The notes beneath the pieces were generated by a model. It ran no database searches. It saw nothing but the letters and a program-made list of their open reading frames with translations, and had not been told where the DNA came from. From positions 29,226 through 93,225 of the forward strand of contig JBALDB010000033.1 in the NCBI GenBank assembly GCA_036918135.1: DNA of 64,000 nucleotides. The letters run 5' to 3'. This document shows positions 10,001-19,152 of this stretch, piece after piece. Both the position numbers and the translations under genes were made by a program. Source of the DNA: Nostoc sp. (GTDB taxonomy: Bacteria; Cyanobacteriota; Cyanobacteriia; Cyanobacteriales; Nostocaceae). The stretch's first letter is position 1, and every line of letters starts with the position of its first letter.

Positions 10001-13000
10001 TCAATTTGGACAACTGGCACATTTGTTGCTCGAACAATTGAATGCTAAAGAAATGGTAGCTAGAGCTTATGTAGGAGTTCACTGTAGTGTCTGGCATTGG
10101 AAACAGCCGCTACACAACACCCTACCATTTCTCCGCAAAGGCTATGAAAGTGGACTGGAAACGGGAGATTTAGAATCAGCGACTATTTGTGCATTTGTTT
10201 ACGTCATGCACTCTTGGTTTATTGGCAAAGAATTGGGCGATTTAAGCTGGGAGAGTGCTGCCTTCCATGCTCAACTGACTCAACTCAAACAGGAAGGACT
10301 TCTCAGCCATTTAACTATTTTTCAGCAAGCGATTTTAAATTTAATCGGCGATTCCCCTGAAGCATGGCAATTAATTGGGAATGCCTTCGACCAAGAGCAA
10401 ATGCTGCCTAGCATCCAGCGAGCAGGGGATCAGACAGCGCTGTGCTATTTCTATATCAGCAGACTTTTACTCTGCTATGGGTTTGCTCAATTTGAGCTAG
10501 CAGTTGAAGCGGCGATCGCTATCGAAAACTACTTGGGTGGTGCTACAGGATTATTTTTGGTTCCTGTTTTCCACACCTATGACTCTTTAGCACATCTAGC
10601 TATCTATTCTCAGGTTTCACAGGCAAAACAACAAAGCATTCACCAACGGGTAATTGCCAATCAGGAAAAGCTGAAAAACTGGGCTAATCATGCCCCAGAA
10701 AATCACTTGCACAAATATTATTTAGTGGAAGCAGAACGGCAGCGGATTCTCGGCAACAAAGCTGAGGCGATTGAGTATTATGACCTTGCAATTACTTTCG
10801 CTCAGAAAAATCACTACCTCAATGAAGAGAGCCTTGCCAATGAACTCGCCGCCTGCTTTTACTTGGGGTGGGGTAAGGAGCAACTTGCTGGGGATTATTT
10901 GCTGAAAGCCTATTATGCCTATGCTCGTTGGGGAGCGAAAGCCAAAGTTGAGGATTTAGAACAACGTTATCCCCAATTATTAGCTCCCGTACTGCAACAA
11001 GACAGAACCCAGTTGAAGCCTCATATCACAATTAGCGCGGCTGATAACGCTACTTTATCTCACCGAAGTCCTAGCAATTCCACCACCACTGGTACTGTTA
11101 GTGTGTCTGCCGCACTTGATTTAGGAACACTTTTCAAAGCTTCCCAAACACTATCTAGTGAAATTCATCTCGATAAACTGCTAGCCACATTACTGAATGT
11201 GTTAATTGAAAATGCTGGCGCAGATAAATGTGCTTTGTTACTACTCAAAGAACAAAAATTGCTAATTGAAGCAATTACGATTGGACAGTCAACAACAGTT
11301 ATGCAATCCCTAACCTTGGAAGATTCGCAGGAGTTGCCTATCTCACTGATTAACACTGTTAAACGTACCCTGCAACCCTCAATAATCAACAACAGCACTA
11401 CCCATCCATTAGTGATGGCTGATGCCTACATTATTCGCCAACAACCCAAGAGCTTGTTTTGTACGCCGATTAATTATCAAGGCAAATTATTGGGAATTTT
11501 GTATCTGGAGAACAGCATAACCGCTGGAGTGTTTACAAACGATCGCGTCGAAATCATCAATCTACTTTGCACCCAAGCCGCGATCGCTTTAGAAAATGCC
11601 CGTCTTTTTCAGCAAGCTCAGACTTCTGCTCAACAATTACAGCGATCGCTTGCCCAACAAAAGACTTTGTTTAATGTTGTTACCCAGATGCGAGAGTCGT
11701 TAGATTTGGATGCAATTTTCGGTGCAGCTACCCAAAATATTCGTCGCATTCTGAATGCAGATCGAGTTGGTATCTATCATTTTAATCTCGAATCAAAGTA
11801 TGAATACGGCGAATTTATAGCCGAAGATGTCTTACCTGCATTTCCTTCTGCCTTAGCTATGAAAATTCAAGATCATTGTTTTGGTGAGGACTATGCAACT
11901 CTGTATAAAAAAGGTCGATTCTGTGTAATAGCTGATATCGAAACCGCTGATGTCCTAGACTGCCATCGGGCAATTTTACAGCAATTTTATATCAAAGCAT
12001 CACTAGTTGTGGCGATTATGCAAGATGAAGAACTTTGGGGTTTGCTTTGCATTCACCAATGCGACCAACCTCGTCACTGGCAAACTTCTGAGATTCAATT
12101 TGCCCAACAAATTGCTGCCCAAATGGGGGTTGCACTTAAACAAACGGATCTGTTGACCAAAACTCGCCAGCAAGCATCCCAGCTAGAACATACACTTCAG
12201 CATCTTCAAGAAACTCAACTTCAGTTAGTACAAAATGAGAAGATGTCAGCGCTAGGAAATCTAGTGGCTGGAGTTGCTCACGAAATCAATAATCCCCTCA
12301 GTTTCATTATGGGCAACCTTAAACCAGCTAGAGAATATATCCAGGATGTGTTTGAACTGATTGATTTATATCAACAGAAGCTACCAAATCCCGATCGTGA
12401 AATTGAGAACGAAATTGCAGCAATTGACTTAGACTATCTACGGGAAGATTTGCCAAAGTTATTAGATTCAATGACACTGGGTATTGACCGCATTCGTGAT
12501 ATCAGTATCAGTTTGCGAACTTTTTCTAGGGCTGACAAAGATTACAAAGTGCCATTCAATATTCATGAAGGTATTGATAGCACGATTCTGATTCTCAAGC
12601 ACCGCTTGAAAGCCAACGAAAATCGTCCAGCAATTGAGGTAGTGAAGGACTATAACAAGCTACCTTTGGTAGAGTGTTTTGCCGGACAACTCAACCAAGT
12701 ATTTATGAATTTGTTAGCGAATGCGATCGATGCTTTAGAGGAGTCGAATCAAGGACGCAGTTTTGCAAACATCCAAGCAAATCCAAATCAAATTACAATT
12801 CAAACTTGTCTACTAGAAGATGGACAGCATATTTTGATTCGGATTGCAGACAATGGTGTAGGAATAGCTGAGTCAGTGAAGCAACAGATATTTGATTATC
12901 TGTTCACTACTAAGTCAGTCGGTCAAGGAACAGGTTTAGGGTTGGCGATCGCTCGCCAAATTATCGTTGAGCGACATGGGGGAACGCTCAAGGTGGATTC

Positions 13001-13091
13001 TGTTCTAGGACAAGGAACAGAATTTATGATAGTGCTTCCTGTTGTGGTTAAACTGACTGCTGTTTCACCACAAGTAGAACATGAAATTTAA
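7059..13091 (+). CDS. Ser/Thr kinase-AAA ATPase-GAF-GAF-histidine kinase hybrid (HstK-like)
   Basis: HKDIKPTN and DFS kinase motifs; P-loop GFSGIGKT; FLDDLQWAD; two GAF domains; H-box VAHEINNP; N-box QVFMNLLANAIDA; G-box GTGLGL. ATG at 7059 preferred over TTG at 7038. Confidence 0.93.
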   Translation: MTTAIDRIYSISGYKLIETLYEGSKTEVYRAIRLVDLQAVVIKILRTEYPTFNELLQFRNQYTIAKNLNIPSIVCPYSLEAYRNGYALVMEDFGGISLREYTKTQSLELVEFFTIALQLSDILHSLHQERVIHKDIKPTNILINPQTKQVKLIDFSIASLLPRESQTLISPNVLEGTLAYLSPEQTGRMNRGIDYRSDFYSLGVTFFELLTGHLPFESDDPMELVHCHIAKQPPLLKNKAQGEEIPQVLCDIVMKLMAKNAEYRYQSALGLKHDLETCLWQLNETGKIQYFQIGQRDICDRFLIPEKLYGRETEVATLLQAFDRISAGSTEIMLVAGFSGIGKTAVVNEVHKPIVRQRGYFIKGKFDQFGRNIPFSAFVLALRDLMGQLLAETDTQLKQWQTKILSALGENGQVIIEVIPELERIIGKQPPAVELSGSAAQNRFRLLFVKFIQVLTTPEHPLVIFLDDLQWADSASLQLMQLLMSETEAGYLLLIGAYRDNEVTPAHPLMLTISDIAKTAAIVNTITLNPLQLFDLNHLIADSLSCSPTLAAPLTELIYRKTKGNPFFVTQFLKALYEEGWISFDTQRGFWQADIAQIQALTLTDDVVEFMVRQIQKLPTTTQSVLKLAACIGNCFDLATLAIVYEKSLTETAVDLWKALQEGLILPTSEVYKFFQNDNSGESCQLLMSREQLPNYKFLHDRVQQAAYSLIPQEQKQVTHLQIGQLLLSHTTVAQQDEKVFEIVNQLNIGKNLISEQTQQIELAQLNLKAGRKARAATAYIAAFEYFNTGIALLPPKPWQTEYELTLVLYEAATEAAYLSGNLEQMSQLAAVILEQASTLLDRVKVYEIKIQAAQAQHQFLEAVQIALEILEHLGISFPKQPSESDIAQACAVTNSILADRQALDLIALPQMSEPEKLAAIRILAGVSSCAYVVAPTLLPFLILEQVNLSVQYGNTSYSTNGYAYYGLMLCGVMGEIERGYQFGQLAHLLLEQLNAKEMVARAYVGVHCSVWHWKQPLHNTLPFLRKGYESGLETGDLESATICAFVYVMHSWFIGKELGDLSWESAAFHAQLTQLKQEGLLSHLTIFQQAILNLIGDSPEAWQLIGNAFDQEQMLPSIQRAGDQTALCYFYISRLLLCYGFAQFELAVEAAIAIENYLGGATGLFLVPVFHTYDSLAHLAIYSQVSQAKQQSIHQRVIANQEKLKNWANHAPENHLHKYYLVEAERQRILGNKAEAIEYYDLAITFAQKNHYLNEESLANELAACFYLGWGKEQLAGDYLLKAYYAYARWGAKAKVEDLEQRYPQLLAPVLQQDRTQLKPHITISAADNATLSHRSPSNSTTTGTVSVSAALDLGTLFKASQTLSSEIHLDKLLATLLNVLIENAGADKCALLLLKEQKLLIEAITIGQSTTVMQSLTLEDSQELPISLINTVKRTLQPSIINNSTTHPLVMADAYIIRQQPKSLFCTPINYQGKLLGILYLENSITAGVFTNDRVEIINLLCTQAAIALENARLFQQAQTSAQQLQRSLAQQKTLFNVVTQMRESLDLDAIFGAATQNIRRILNADRVGIYHFNLESKYEYGEFIAEDVLPAFPSALAMKIQDHCFGEDYATLYKKGRFCVIADIETADVLDCHRAILQQFYIKASLVVAIMQDEELWGLLCIHQCDQPRHWQTSEIQFAQQIAAQMGVALKQTDLLTKTRQQASQLEHTLQHLQETQLQLVQNEKMSALGNLVAGVAHEINNPLSFIMGNLKPAREYIQDVFELIDLYQQKLPNPDREIENEIAAIDLDYLREDLPKLLDSMTLGIDRIRDISISLRTFSRADKDYKVPFNIHEGIDSTILILKHRLKANENRPAIEVVKDYNKLPLVECFAGQLNQVFMNLLANAIDALEESNQGRSFANIQANPNQITIQTCLLEDGQHILIRIADNGVGIAESVKQQIFDYLFTTKSVGQGTGLGLAIARQIIVERHGGTLKVDSVLGQGTEFMIVLPVVVKLTAVSPQVEHEI

Positions 13092-13128
13092 AGAGAATAT
13101 GGACGAGAAAATTCCAATTCATTCAATA

Positions 13129-13230
13129 GTAAGTAGGTCAATTTTGAAAAAAGTAAGATAGAATCTTTGCGATTACTTGGCTTAACTCCGTTTTGCTCGT
13201 AATCACATTTAATTAGGTTGAGCTACTTAC
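13129..13230. mobile_element. putative MITE (~102 bp)
   Basis: 13-bp inverted repeats GTAAGTAGGTCAA / TTGAGCTACTTAC (1 mismatch); same end type as the element at 18519-18644. Confidence 0.55.
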
Positions 13231-13354
13231 CAACAACAAGTAGATAAAAACACAACTTTCTGGCAAACTTACCAACCAGAATTTGTATATAGCCTATTAC
13301 TACATAAAAGGATGTCAGACATGGGGCGAGTGACTCGCGAAGTGGATTGAGCTT

Positions 13355-13382
13355 AAAAGGAGGCAATATTTACCTCCTTTTT
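13355..13382. terminator. probable bidirectional intrinsic terminator
   Basis: AAAAGGAGG-CAATATTTA-CCTCCTTTTT hairpin between convergent kinase and GH13 genes. Confidence 0.65.
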
Positions 13383-13422
13383 ATTGGTTATTGAGATGCT
13401 GGCTGAAAACTACTATCTTTAA

Positions 13423-15081
13423 TTACTGCCACACAAATACTTTAGCTTCGTATGGTCCCAAATCAATGGTAATACCATCATCACCAGCTTCAGCATCATA
13501 ATTTGCTGTCCATTCGTGCCATGTACCAGCGCTAGGAAAGTTAGGAAGATGATAATCACCGAGAAAATTTTCTGAGAAATTGGCTACCACAACTACACGA
13601 GAACCCTCATCATTCCAACGGCTATAAGCTAACACTTTTGCTTCTGGATTTTCATGAATGAAATCAATATTTTCTGTGTAGAGAGCTTGATTACTTTTAC
13701 GCAGGTTGATTAAGCCTTTGTAATATTCAAATAAACCACGATTTAAATCATTACCCAATAGTGTCCAGTCAATTTTAGCTGATTCGGGTTGATTCGGTTT
13801 GTACTCACCAAATTCCTCTCCCATCCAAATTAAAGGTACACCAACAGCAGTCATTAGGATAGCAACTCCTAATTTAATCCGCCTAAAGGCTTCTTCATCA
13901 AAAATCTCACGGTTCCCTAGTTCTACCATGAGATGATTATGGTCGTGATTGGTGAGATAATTTACGACATTAATAGCACCCAAGAAACCTTGACGTTTGC
14001 AGTCAATAACATCTTTGAGACGCTCTAAATCAAATGTATCACCACAGATATGCTCTAAAATGCAGTGATAAAAACTGTCATGCCAGCAACCATCCATCGG
14101 CCCATCAAAATTGGTAATGCTGGTAGTTTCAGGAATGTGTTCTGCGACATTATAAAAAGGCTTTGGTCCAGCAACATTTTTGGCTTCTTGCACAATCCAG
14201 TGCATGAAATCATAGTTAGCAATTTGCCGTGCTGCATCATAACGAATACCATCGAGATGATATTGCCCAATCCAATAACGCACTGTATCACCAATAAATT
14301 TACGTGCCGGAAAAATATCTAAGTTTTCGTCGTAATGTTCATAGTTAAACTCAGGCCCCCAGTTATTATCAGGATCGCGAGGCGAGTGATGATACCAATA
14401 ATCATGGTCAATTTGTGTTAGCGGACTAGATGCTTCCGAATGGTTATAAATACCATCAATAATTACACGAATGCCTCTACCATGACACTCATCAATTAAA
14501 TTTTTCAATCCAGCAATGGAACCATAGCTTGATTCTGTGGCAAAGAAGTGGCGGGGATTGTAACCCCAGCTATAGTCACCAGGATATTCTTTTAGTGGCA
14601 TCAACTCAATAGCATTGATTCCTAATTCAGATAAATAATCTAACTTTTCTACGACATGTTTGTATTTGCCTCGTGCATAAGGATCGTCTTCACCACCAGA
14701 AAAATCACCAACATGCAGTTCATAAATTACTAATTCGCGATCGGCAGGTAAGGGTTTATCGTCATGTTGCCAAACATAGGTATCAGTAATTCTTTTTCCA
14801 TCTTTGATGCAGACAACACCGTCATCTTTTCCCCCCATTTCATCTATATCAGTTGCATAGGGATCTGTGATATCAACCCATTGTTCTGGCTCAAAAAACC
14901 ATGAATTTGATTGGACGCGGAATTTATATTGATAAACGCCGTCTTCTAATTCAACACTTGTGCGGAAATAACCATCCTCACCTTTTTCCATTGGAATTTC
15001 TTGCCAATCAGAAAAAGAACCAATTAATGCGGCTCCTTTGTTATAGGGTGCAAATAAGTTAAATTCAATTGGCTTTGCCAT
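13423..15081 (-). CDS. alpha-amylase family (GH13) glycosyl hydrolase with N-terminal CBM48-like domain
   Basis: IYELHVGDF, WGYNP, DGIYNH, DGIRYDA, AEH and NHDH conserved GH13 regions; start at MAKPIEF preferred (ORF track extends to 15117). Confidence 0.9.
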   Translation of the reverse strand: MAKPIEFNLFAPYNKGAALIGSFSDWQEIPMEKGEDGYFRTSVELEDGVYQYKFRVQSNSWFFEPEQWVDITDPYATDIDEMGGKDDGVVCIKDGKRITDTYVWQHDDKPLPADRELVIYELHVGDFSGGEDDPYARGKYKHVVEKLDYLSELGINAIELMPLKEYPGDYSWGYNPRHFFATESSYGSIAGLKNLIDECHGRGIRVIIDGIYNHSEASSPLTQIDHDYWYHHSPRDPDNNWGPEFNYEHYDENLDIFPARKFIGDTVRYWIGQYHLDGIRYDAARQIANYDFMHWIVQEAKNVAGPKPFYNVAEHIPETTSITNFDGPMDGCWHDSFYHCILEHICGDTFDLERLKDVIDCKRQGFLGAINVVNYLTNHDHNHLMVELGNREIFDEEAFRRIKLGVAILMTAVGVPLIWMGEEFGEYKPNQPESAKIDWTLLGNDLNRGLFEYYKGLINLRKSNQALYTENIDFIHENPEAKVLAYSRWNDEGSRVVVVANFSENFLGDYHLPNFPSAGTWHEWTANYDAEAGDDGITIDLGPYEAKVFVWQ

Positions 15082-15419
15082 AGAAGTGTTTGTCAGCTCA
15101 AGGATTGATAAAAGCATTCTCTAATGATTAATTAAATTTGCGAATCACTCTACAGAATGAATTGAATAAGTAATGCTTCTACCTTCAGGAATAATTAATT
15201 GAAGAATTTCAAATTAGCTATTTTTTGACTTTTAAATTTGTTTTACTATTATTTTAATTAAAATTTTCTCTACAAAGTAAAATTACTTTCAGCAAGACAA
15301 ATAATAAAATAAAAACTTTGAATCTTTTTCATAGTGTTGCTATAAAAAATTACTTACTAATTTAACTAATCTGAATTAATTTATGGATATTGAGTTTATT
15401 ATTTTTATATTTTCAATTG

Positions 15420-15797
15420 CTAATTAATTTTATCAGTATTTTGTTGTAAATAACTTAACAACCAACCCGCTGCCGTTGCTCTACGAGTTTGTCGAGGGCC
15501 AAATTCACCAATTTTGTAACCTTTGAAACCCAGTTTTTGCTTGAGTAATTGTTTATTTTCGGTAGGAATGGAACGAGTTAATTTGACTGTTGCAGGGCGA
15601 GAGTCGATAAAATCTGGTGGTTGTGGGTACTCATTGTGCCATTCTGGTGCAACTTGGCTAGTGTCCCATTGTGTAGTTGATGGGTTATAACGATAGCCTA
15701 AATAATGCCATAGCAACTGATTAACTGTCGCATCATCTAGTTCCTCGTTGAGAATTGCCCAAATTGTTTCTGTATTGAGTGGTGGCAGATTAGACAT
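15420..15797 (-). CDS. DUF1823-type conserved cyanobacterial protein
   Basis: LGYRY...YPQPPDFIDSRPATVKLTRSIP...KQLLKQKLGFKGYKIGEF...TRRATA. Confidence 0.75.
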   Translation of the reverse strand: MSNLPPLNTETIWAILNEELDDATVNQLLWHYLGYRYNPSTTQWDTSQVAPEWHNEYPQPPDFIDSRPATVKLTRSIPTENKQLLKQKLGFKGYKIGEFGPRQTRRATAAGWLLSYLQQNTDKIN

Positions 15798-16072
15798 AAG
15801 TACGTAAGAATTCAGTATCCATAAATCAGAATATAATAAAACTTTGATACCCAAGCTTAACAATTTTGAATGAAATTATTAAGCTATAACACCCTTGACG
15901 ATCGCGATCGCACCCAATACAAGCACTGCAATTAAGACACTCAAGACCGCAACTATACATATCACAGCCAAGACGAAGATGAAGAGTGCGATTAATTTCG
16001 CAAGTTAAAGCTAAAAACAGGTTGTGTATACAAAACTAGGTAGACTGGAAATCGTAAAGAATAGACCAGTCT

Positions 16073-16375
16073 ATGCACAATCCTACACCACCGCCAAAGA
16101 TTGTCCGCGCCCACGTATTTATTTCTGGCCAAGTCCAAGGAGTGGGCTTTCGCTACGCCACCATCGATACGGCTACTCAGTTAGGATTAACTGGTTGGGT
16201 GCGGAATCTCCCCGAAAGTCGAGTAGAAGCAGTTTTTGAAGGGGCGCGACAGGTTGTAGATGAAATGGTTCGCTGGTGTCACTCTGGGCCACCTGCTGCT
16301 GTAGTAAAAGAGGTTTTGGTGGAGTACGAAGAACCAGAAGGCTTGCGAGGATTTGAAGTTAAGCGAGGTAAATAG
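16073..16375 (+). CDS. acyP: acylphosphatase
   Basis: ISGQVQGVGFRY...GWVRN...VEAVFEG. Confidence 0.93.
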   Translation: MHNPTPPPKIVRAHVFISGQVQGVGFRYATIDTATQLGLTGWVRNLPESRVEAVFEGARQVVDEMVRWCHSGPPAAVVKEVLVEYEEPEGLRGFEVKRGK

Positions 16376-16564
16376 CTAAATGCAAAGATTTTCACAGCCA
16401 AAGAGACACTAAGGGGAGCGATCGCTGTTTGCTATCGCTAAAATTGGGGTATAAGTGCCAGATTTGTGAATGCAACCCGCTTTAAAGGGATATGACGATG
16501 GCTTCAAAGAAATCATTACACTTAAGTTAGTTGCCCTGCTAGCATTGACCGTCCCATAGAATCG

Positions 16565-17758
16565 ATGACTCAACAAACTTCAAGAATCTGCATCCTTGGT
16601 GGAGGCTTTGGTGGTCTCTACACAGCCTTGCGTCTAAGCCAGTTACCTTGGGAATCTACGCAAAAACCCGAAATTGTTTTGGTAGATCAAAGCGATCGCT
16701 TTTTATTTTCTCCTTTTCTTTACGAATTACTCACTGGCGAACTGCAAACCTGGGAAATTGCCCCACCATTTACAGAACTTTTACAGAGTACGGGGGTGCG
16801 TTTTTATCAAGGAGTGGTAGCTGGAATTGATATCGACCAGCAACGGGTAGATTTACACGAAGGGCCCCAAATCCCTTACGACCGATTAGTGCTGGCGTTA
16901 GGAGGAGAGACACCACTAGATTTAGTACCTGGGGCGACAGCCTACGCTTATTCATTTCGGACAATTTCTGACGCCTATCGTTTAGAAGAACGCCTGCGAT
17001 TTTTAGAAGAATCCGATGCTGATAAAATTCGAGTGGCGATCGTTGGAGCTGGTTACAGTGGTGTAGAGTTAGCTTGTAAGTTAGCCGACAGACTAGGTGA
17101 AAGAGGACGCTTTCGGCTCGTTGAAATCGCCGACCAAATCTTACGAACTTCCCCAGAATTTAACCGTGAAGCAGCAAAGAAAGCTTTAGATGCGCGTGGT
17201 GTGTTTCTCGATTTAGAAACCAAAGTAGAATCAATCGGGGAAGATACCATCTCCCTAGAATATAAAAATCAGGTAGATACAATTCCCGTTGAATTAGTAA
17301 TTTGGACTGTGGGAACACGAGTTGCACCAGTAGTAAAATCGCTTCCCCTCAAGCAAAATCAGCGCGGTCAAATCACCACTACATCGAATCTGCAAGTCTT
17401 TGAGCATCCAGAAATCTTTGCCTTAGGAGATTTAGCAGACTGTCATGATGCACAAGGACAGCAAGTCCCCGCTACCGCTCAAGCAGCTTTCCAACAAGCT
17501 GATTATGCTGCTTGGAATATCTGGGCTTCTTTTACCAATCGTCCCCTACTTCCCTTCCACTATCAACACTTAGGAGAAATGATGGCATTGGGGACAGACA
17601 ACGCCACCCTCACTGGCTTAGGAATCAAACTAGAAGGGCCTTTGGCATACATCGGTCGTCGTCTTGCTTATTTATATAGGTTGCCAACTTTAGACTATCA
17701 ACTCAAAGTTGGTTTTAATTGGCTAGTCCGTCCTATTATAGAAACACTTTCTAAATAA
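16565..17758 (+). CDS. ndbB: type II NAD(P)H dehydrogenase (NdbB/NDC1-like)
   Basis: ILGGGFGGLYTA and IVGAGYSGVELA Rossmann motifs; FALGD; PATAQAAFQQA. Confidence 0.8.
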   Translation: MTQQTSRICILGGGFGGLYTALRLSQLPWESTQKPEIVLVDQSDRFLFSPFLYELLTGELQTWEIAPPFTELLQSTGVRFYQGVVAGIDIDQQRVDLHEGPQIPYDRLVLALGGETPLDLVPGATAYAYSFRTISDAYRLEERLRFLEESDADKIRVAIVGAGYSGVELACKLADRLGERGRFRLVEIADQILRTSPEFNREAAKKALDARGVFLDLETKVESIGEDTISLEYKNQVDTIPVELVIWTVGTRVAPVVKSLPLKQNQRGQITTTSNLQVFEHPEIFALGDLADCHDAQGQQVPATAQAAFQQADYAAWNIWASFTNRPLLPFHYQHLGEMMALGTDNATLTGLGIKLEGPLAYIGRRLAYLYRLPTLDYQLKVGFNWLVRPIIETLSK

Positions 17759-17760
17759 GC

Positions 17761-17863
17761 ATTGGGTATTGGGAGTGGGGAGATAGGGAGATGGGGAGAT
17801 GGGCGAAACTACGCCCACCACCCCACCACCCCACACTCCCAATGTCCCCGTCCCCAGTCCCCA
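17761..17863. repeat. STRR-type G-rich/C-rich heptamer tracts in inverted arrangement
   Basis: TTGGGTA TTGGGAG TGGGGAG... followed by ...GTCCCC AGTCCCC. Confidence 0.7.
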
Positions 17864-17865
17864 TT

Positions 17866-18513
17866 ATGGAACAACCAAAAGTTATTTTTTTAGATGCTGT
17901 GGGCACACTCTTTGACGTTAAAGGCAGTGTGGGTGATGTTTACAGTCAGATAGCCGAAGAATTCGGCGTTAGAGTTTCTGGCGACACATTAAATACAACC
18001 TTCATCCAAAGCTTTAAAGCAGCACCGCCCCCCATATTTCCAGATGCAGAACTAGAAGATATTCCCCAGCGTGAGTTTGATTGGTGGCGGATAATTGCCT
18101 TGAATACTTTTGAACGTGCAGGGGTTCTCAAGCAATTTTCTGACTTTTCAGCTTTTTTTAGTGAATTGTATATCCACTTTGGGACTGGTGAACCGTGGTT
18201 CGTTTATCCTGATGTCATACCAGCTTTAATGAACTGGCGACACTTGGGAGTTACTTTAGGGGTACTGTCCAATTTTGATTCTCGGATTTACTCTGTATTA
18301 CAAAGTTTGGGATTAAGAGATTTTTTTAGTTCTATCACCATTTCTACTCAGGTACGTGCAGCTAAACCCGATCCTCAAATTTTTGCCATAGCCTTAAACA
18401 AACATAAATGTTCTCCAGAGGCAGCATGGCATGTTGGTGATAGCATCGTTGAAGATTATTACGGAGCTAAAGCAGCTGGTTTGAGAGGTGTTTGGATTAA
18501 CCGTGGGAAGTGA
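17866..18513 (+). CDS. HAD-superfamily hydrolase (REG-2-like)
   Basis: FLDAVGTL motif I, SNFD, KPDPQIF, HVGDS...D; start MEQPK (the upstream extension in the ORF track is repeat-derived). Confidence 0.88.
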   Translation: MEQPKVIFLDAVGTLFDVKGSVGDVYSQIAEEFGVRVSGDTLNTTFIQSFKAAPPPIFPDAELEDIPQREFDWWRIIALNTFERAGVLKQFSDFSAFFSELYIHFGTGEPWFVYPDVIPALMNWRHLGVTLGVLSNFDSRIYSVLQSLGLRDFFSSITISTQVRAAKPDPQIFAIALNKHKCSPEAAWHVGDSIVEDYYGAKAAGLRGVWINRGK

Positions 18514-18518
18514 CAGAC

Positions 18519-18644
18519 ATAAGTAGGTCGGTGTGAATCTTTATTGTTGGGATGAGGCAGGGGGCAGGGGGCAGGAGGAAAGACGGTTTTAGCCTAGCTA
18601 ATTTTTCTTCACATAGTTTGGTTTTATTGTACCGACTTACTTAT
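18519..18644. mobile_element. putative MITE (~126 bp) with internal GGCAGGG repeats
   Basis: 14-bp inverted repeats ATAAGTAGGTCGGT / ACCGACTTACTTAT (1 mismatch). Confidence 0.6.
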
Positions 18645-18648
18645 TTTT

Positions 18649-18795
18649 GTGATTGTAGAGGAAAACAAATCCTACAATCTTTACTCACTATTGCGAACCA
18701 CTGAAGAGGCTTTTGGGATCTACGAGTACCTAAAGCAAGCGGGCGACATAGCTAAAGGAGTTCAGCCGATGACGCCCCTGTTTGAAAAGAAATAG
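18649..18795 (+). pseudogene. 3' fragment of a phosphoesterase/acid-phosphatase-family gene
   Basis: 48-aa frame VIVEENKSYNLYSLLRTTEEAFGIYEYLKQAG...* resembles the YNHYSLLRTIEDxFG C-terminal motif; begins just after the MITE. Confidence 0.5.
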
Positions 18796-18829
18796 ATATG
18801 GGGCATGGGGCATGAGAATTGAGGTTCTA

Positions 18830-19018
18830 AACTCCATTAATGAGGCTTTGAACTCCATTAATGAGGCTTTGAACTCCATTAATGAGGCTTTGAGCTTCAT
18901 TAATGAGGCTTTGAGCTTCATTAATGAGGCTTTGAACTCCATTAATGAGGCTTTGAACTCCATTAATGAGTCTTTAAACTCCATTAATGAGTGTTTGAAC
19001 TCCATTAATCAGCCTTTG
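18830..19018. repeat. 9 x 21-bp tandem repeat (consensus AACTCCATTAATGAGGCTTTG)
   Basis: Counted directly; no spacers between units. Confidence 0.95.
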
Positions 19019-19152
19019 AGAGAAATAAACAACTCTCTATATAGACTTGTCTGTTAATCACCAGTCCCTAATGCCCAATGCTCAATGCTGCCCTAACACT
19101 CGTATGATCGAGATATCAGCAAAATATAACAACCAGATTTTTACCGTAAAAC

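Noticed and set aside
17791..17865. Pro-rich N-terminal extension of the HAD hydrolase
   Set aside because: Encoded by repeat DNA; the family-like sequence begins at ATG 17866
18830..19018. Possible CRISPR array
   Set aside because: Units are directly adjacent with no unique spacers, and there are no cas genes in the window
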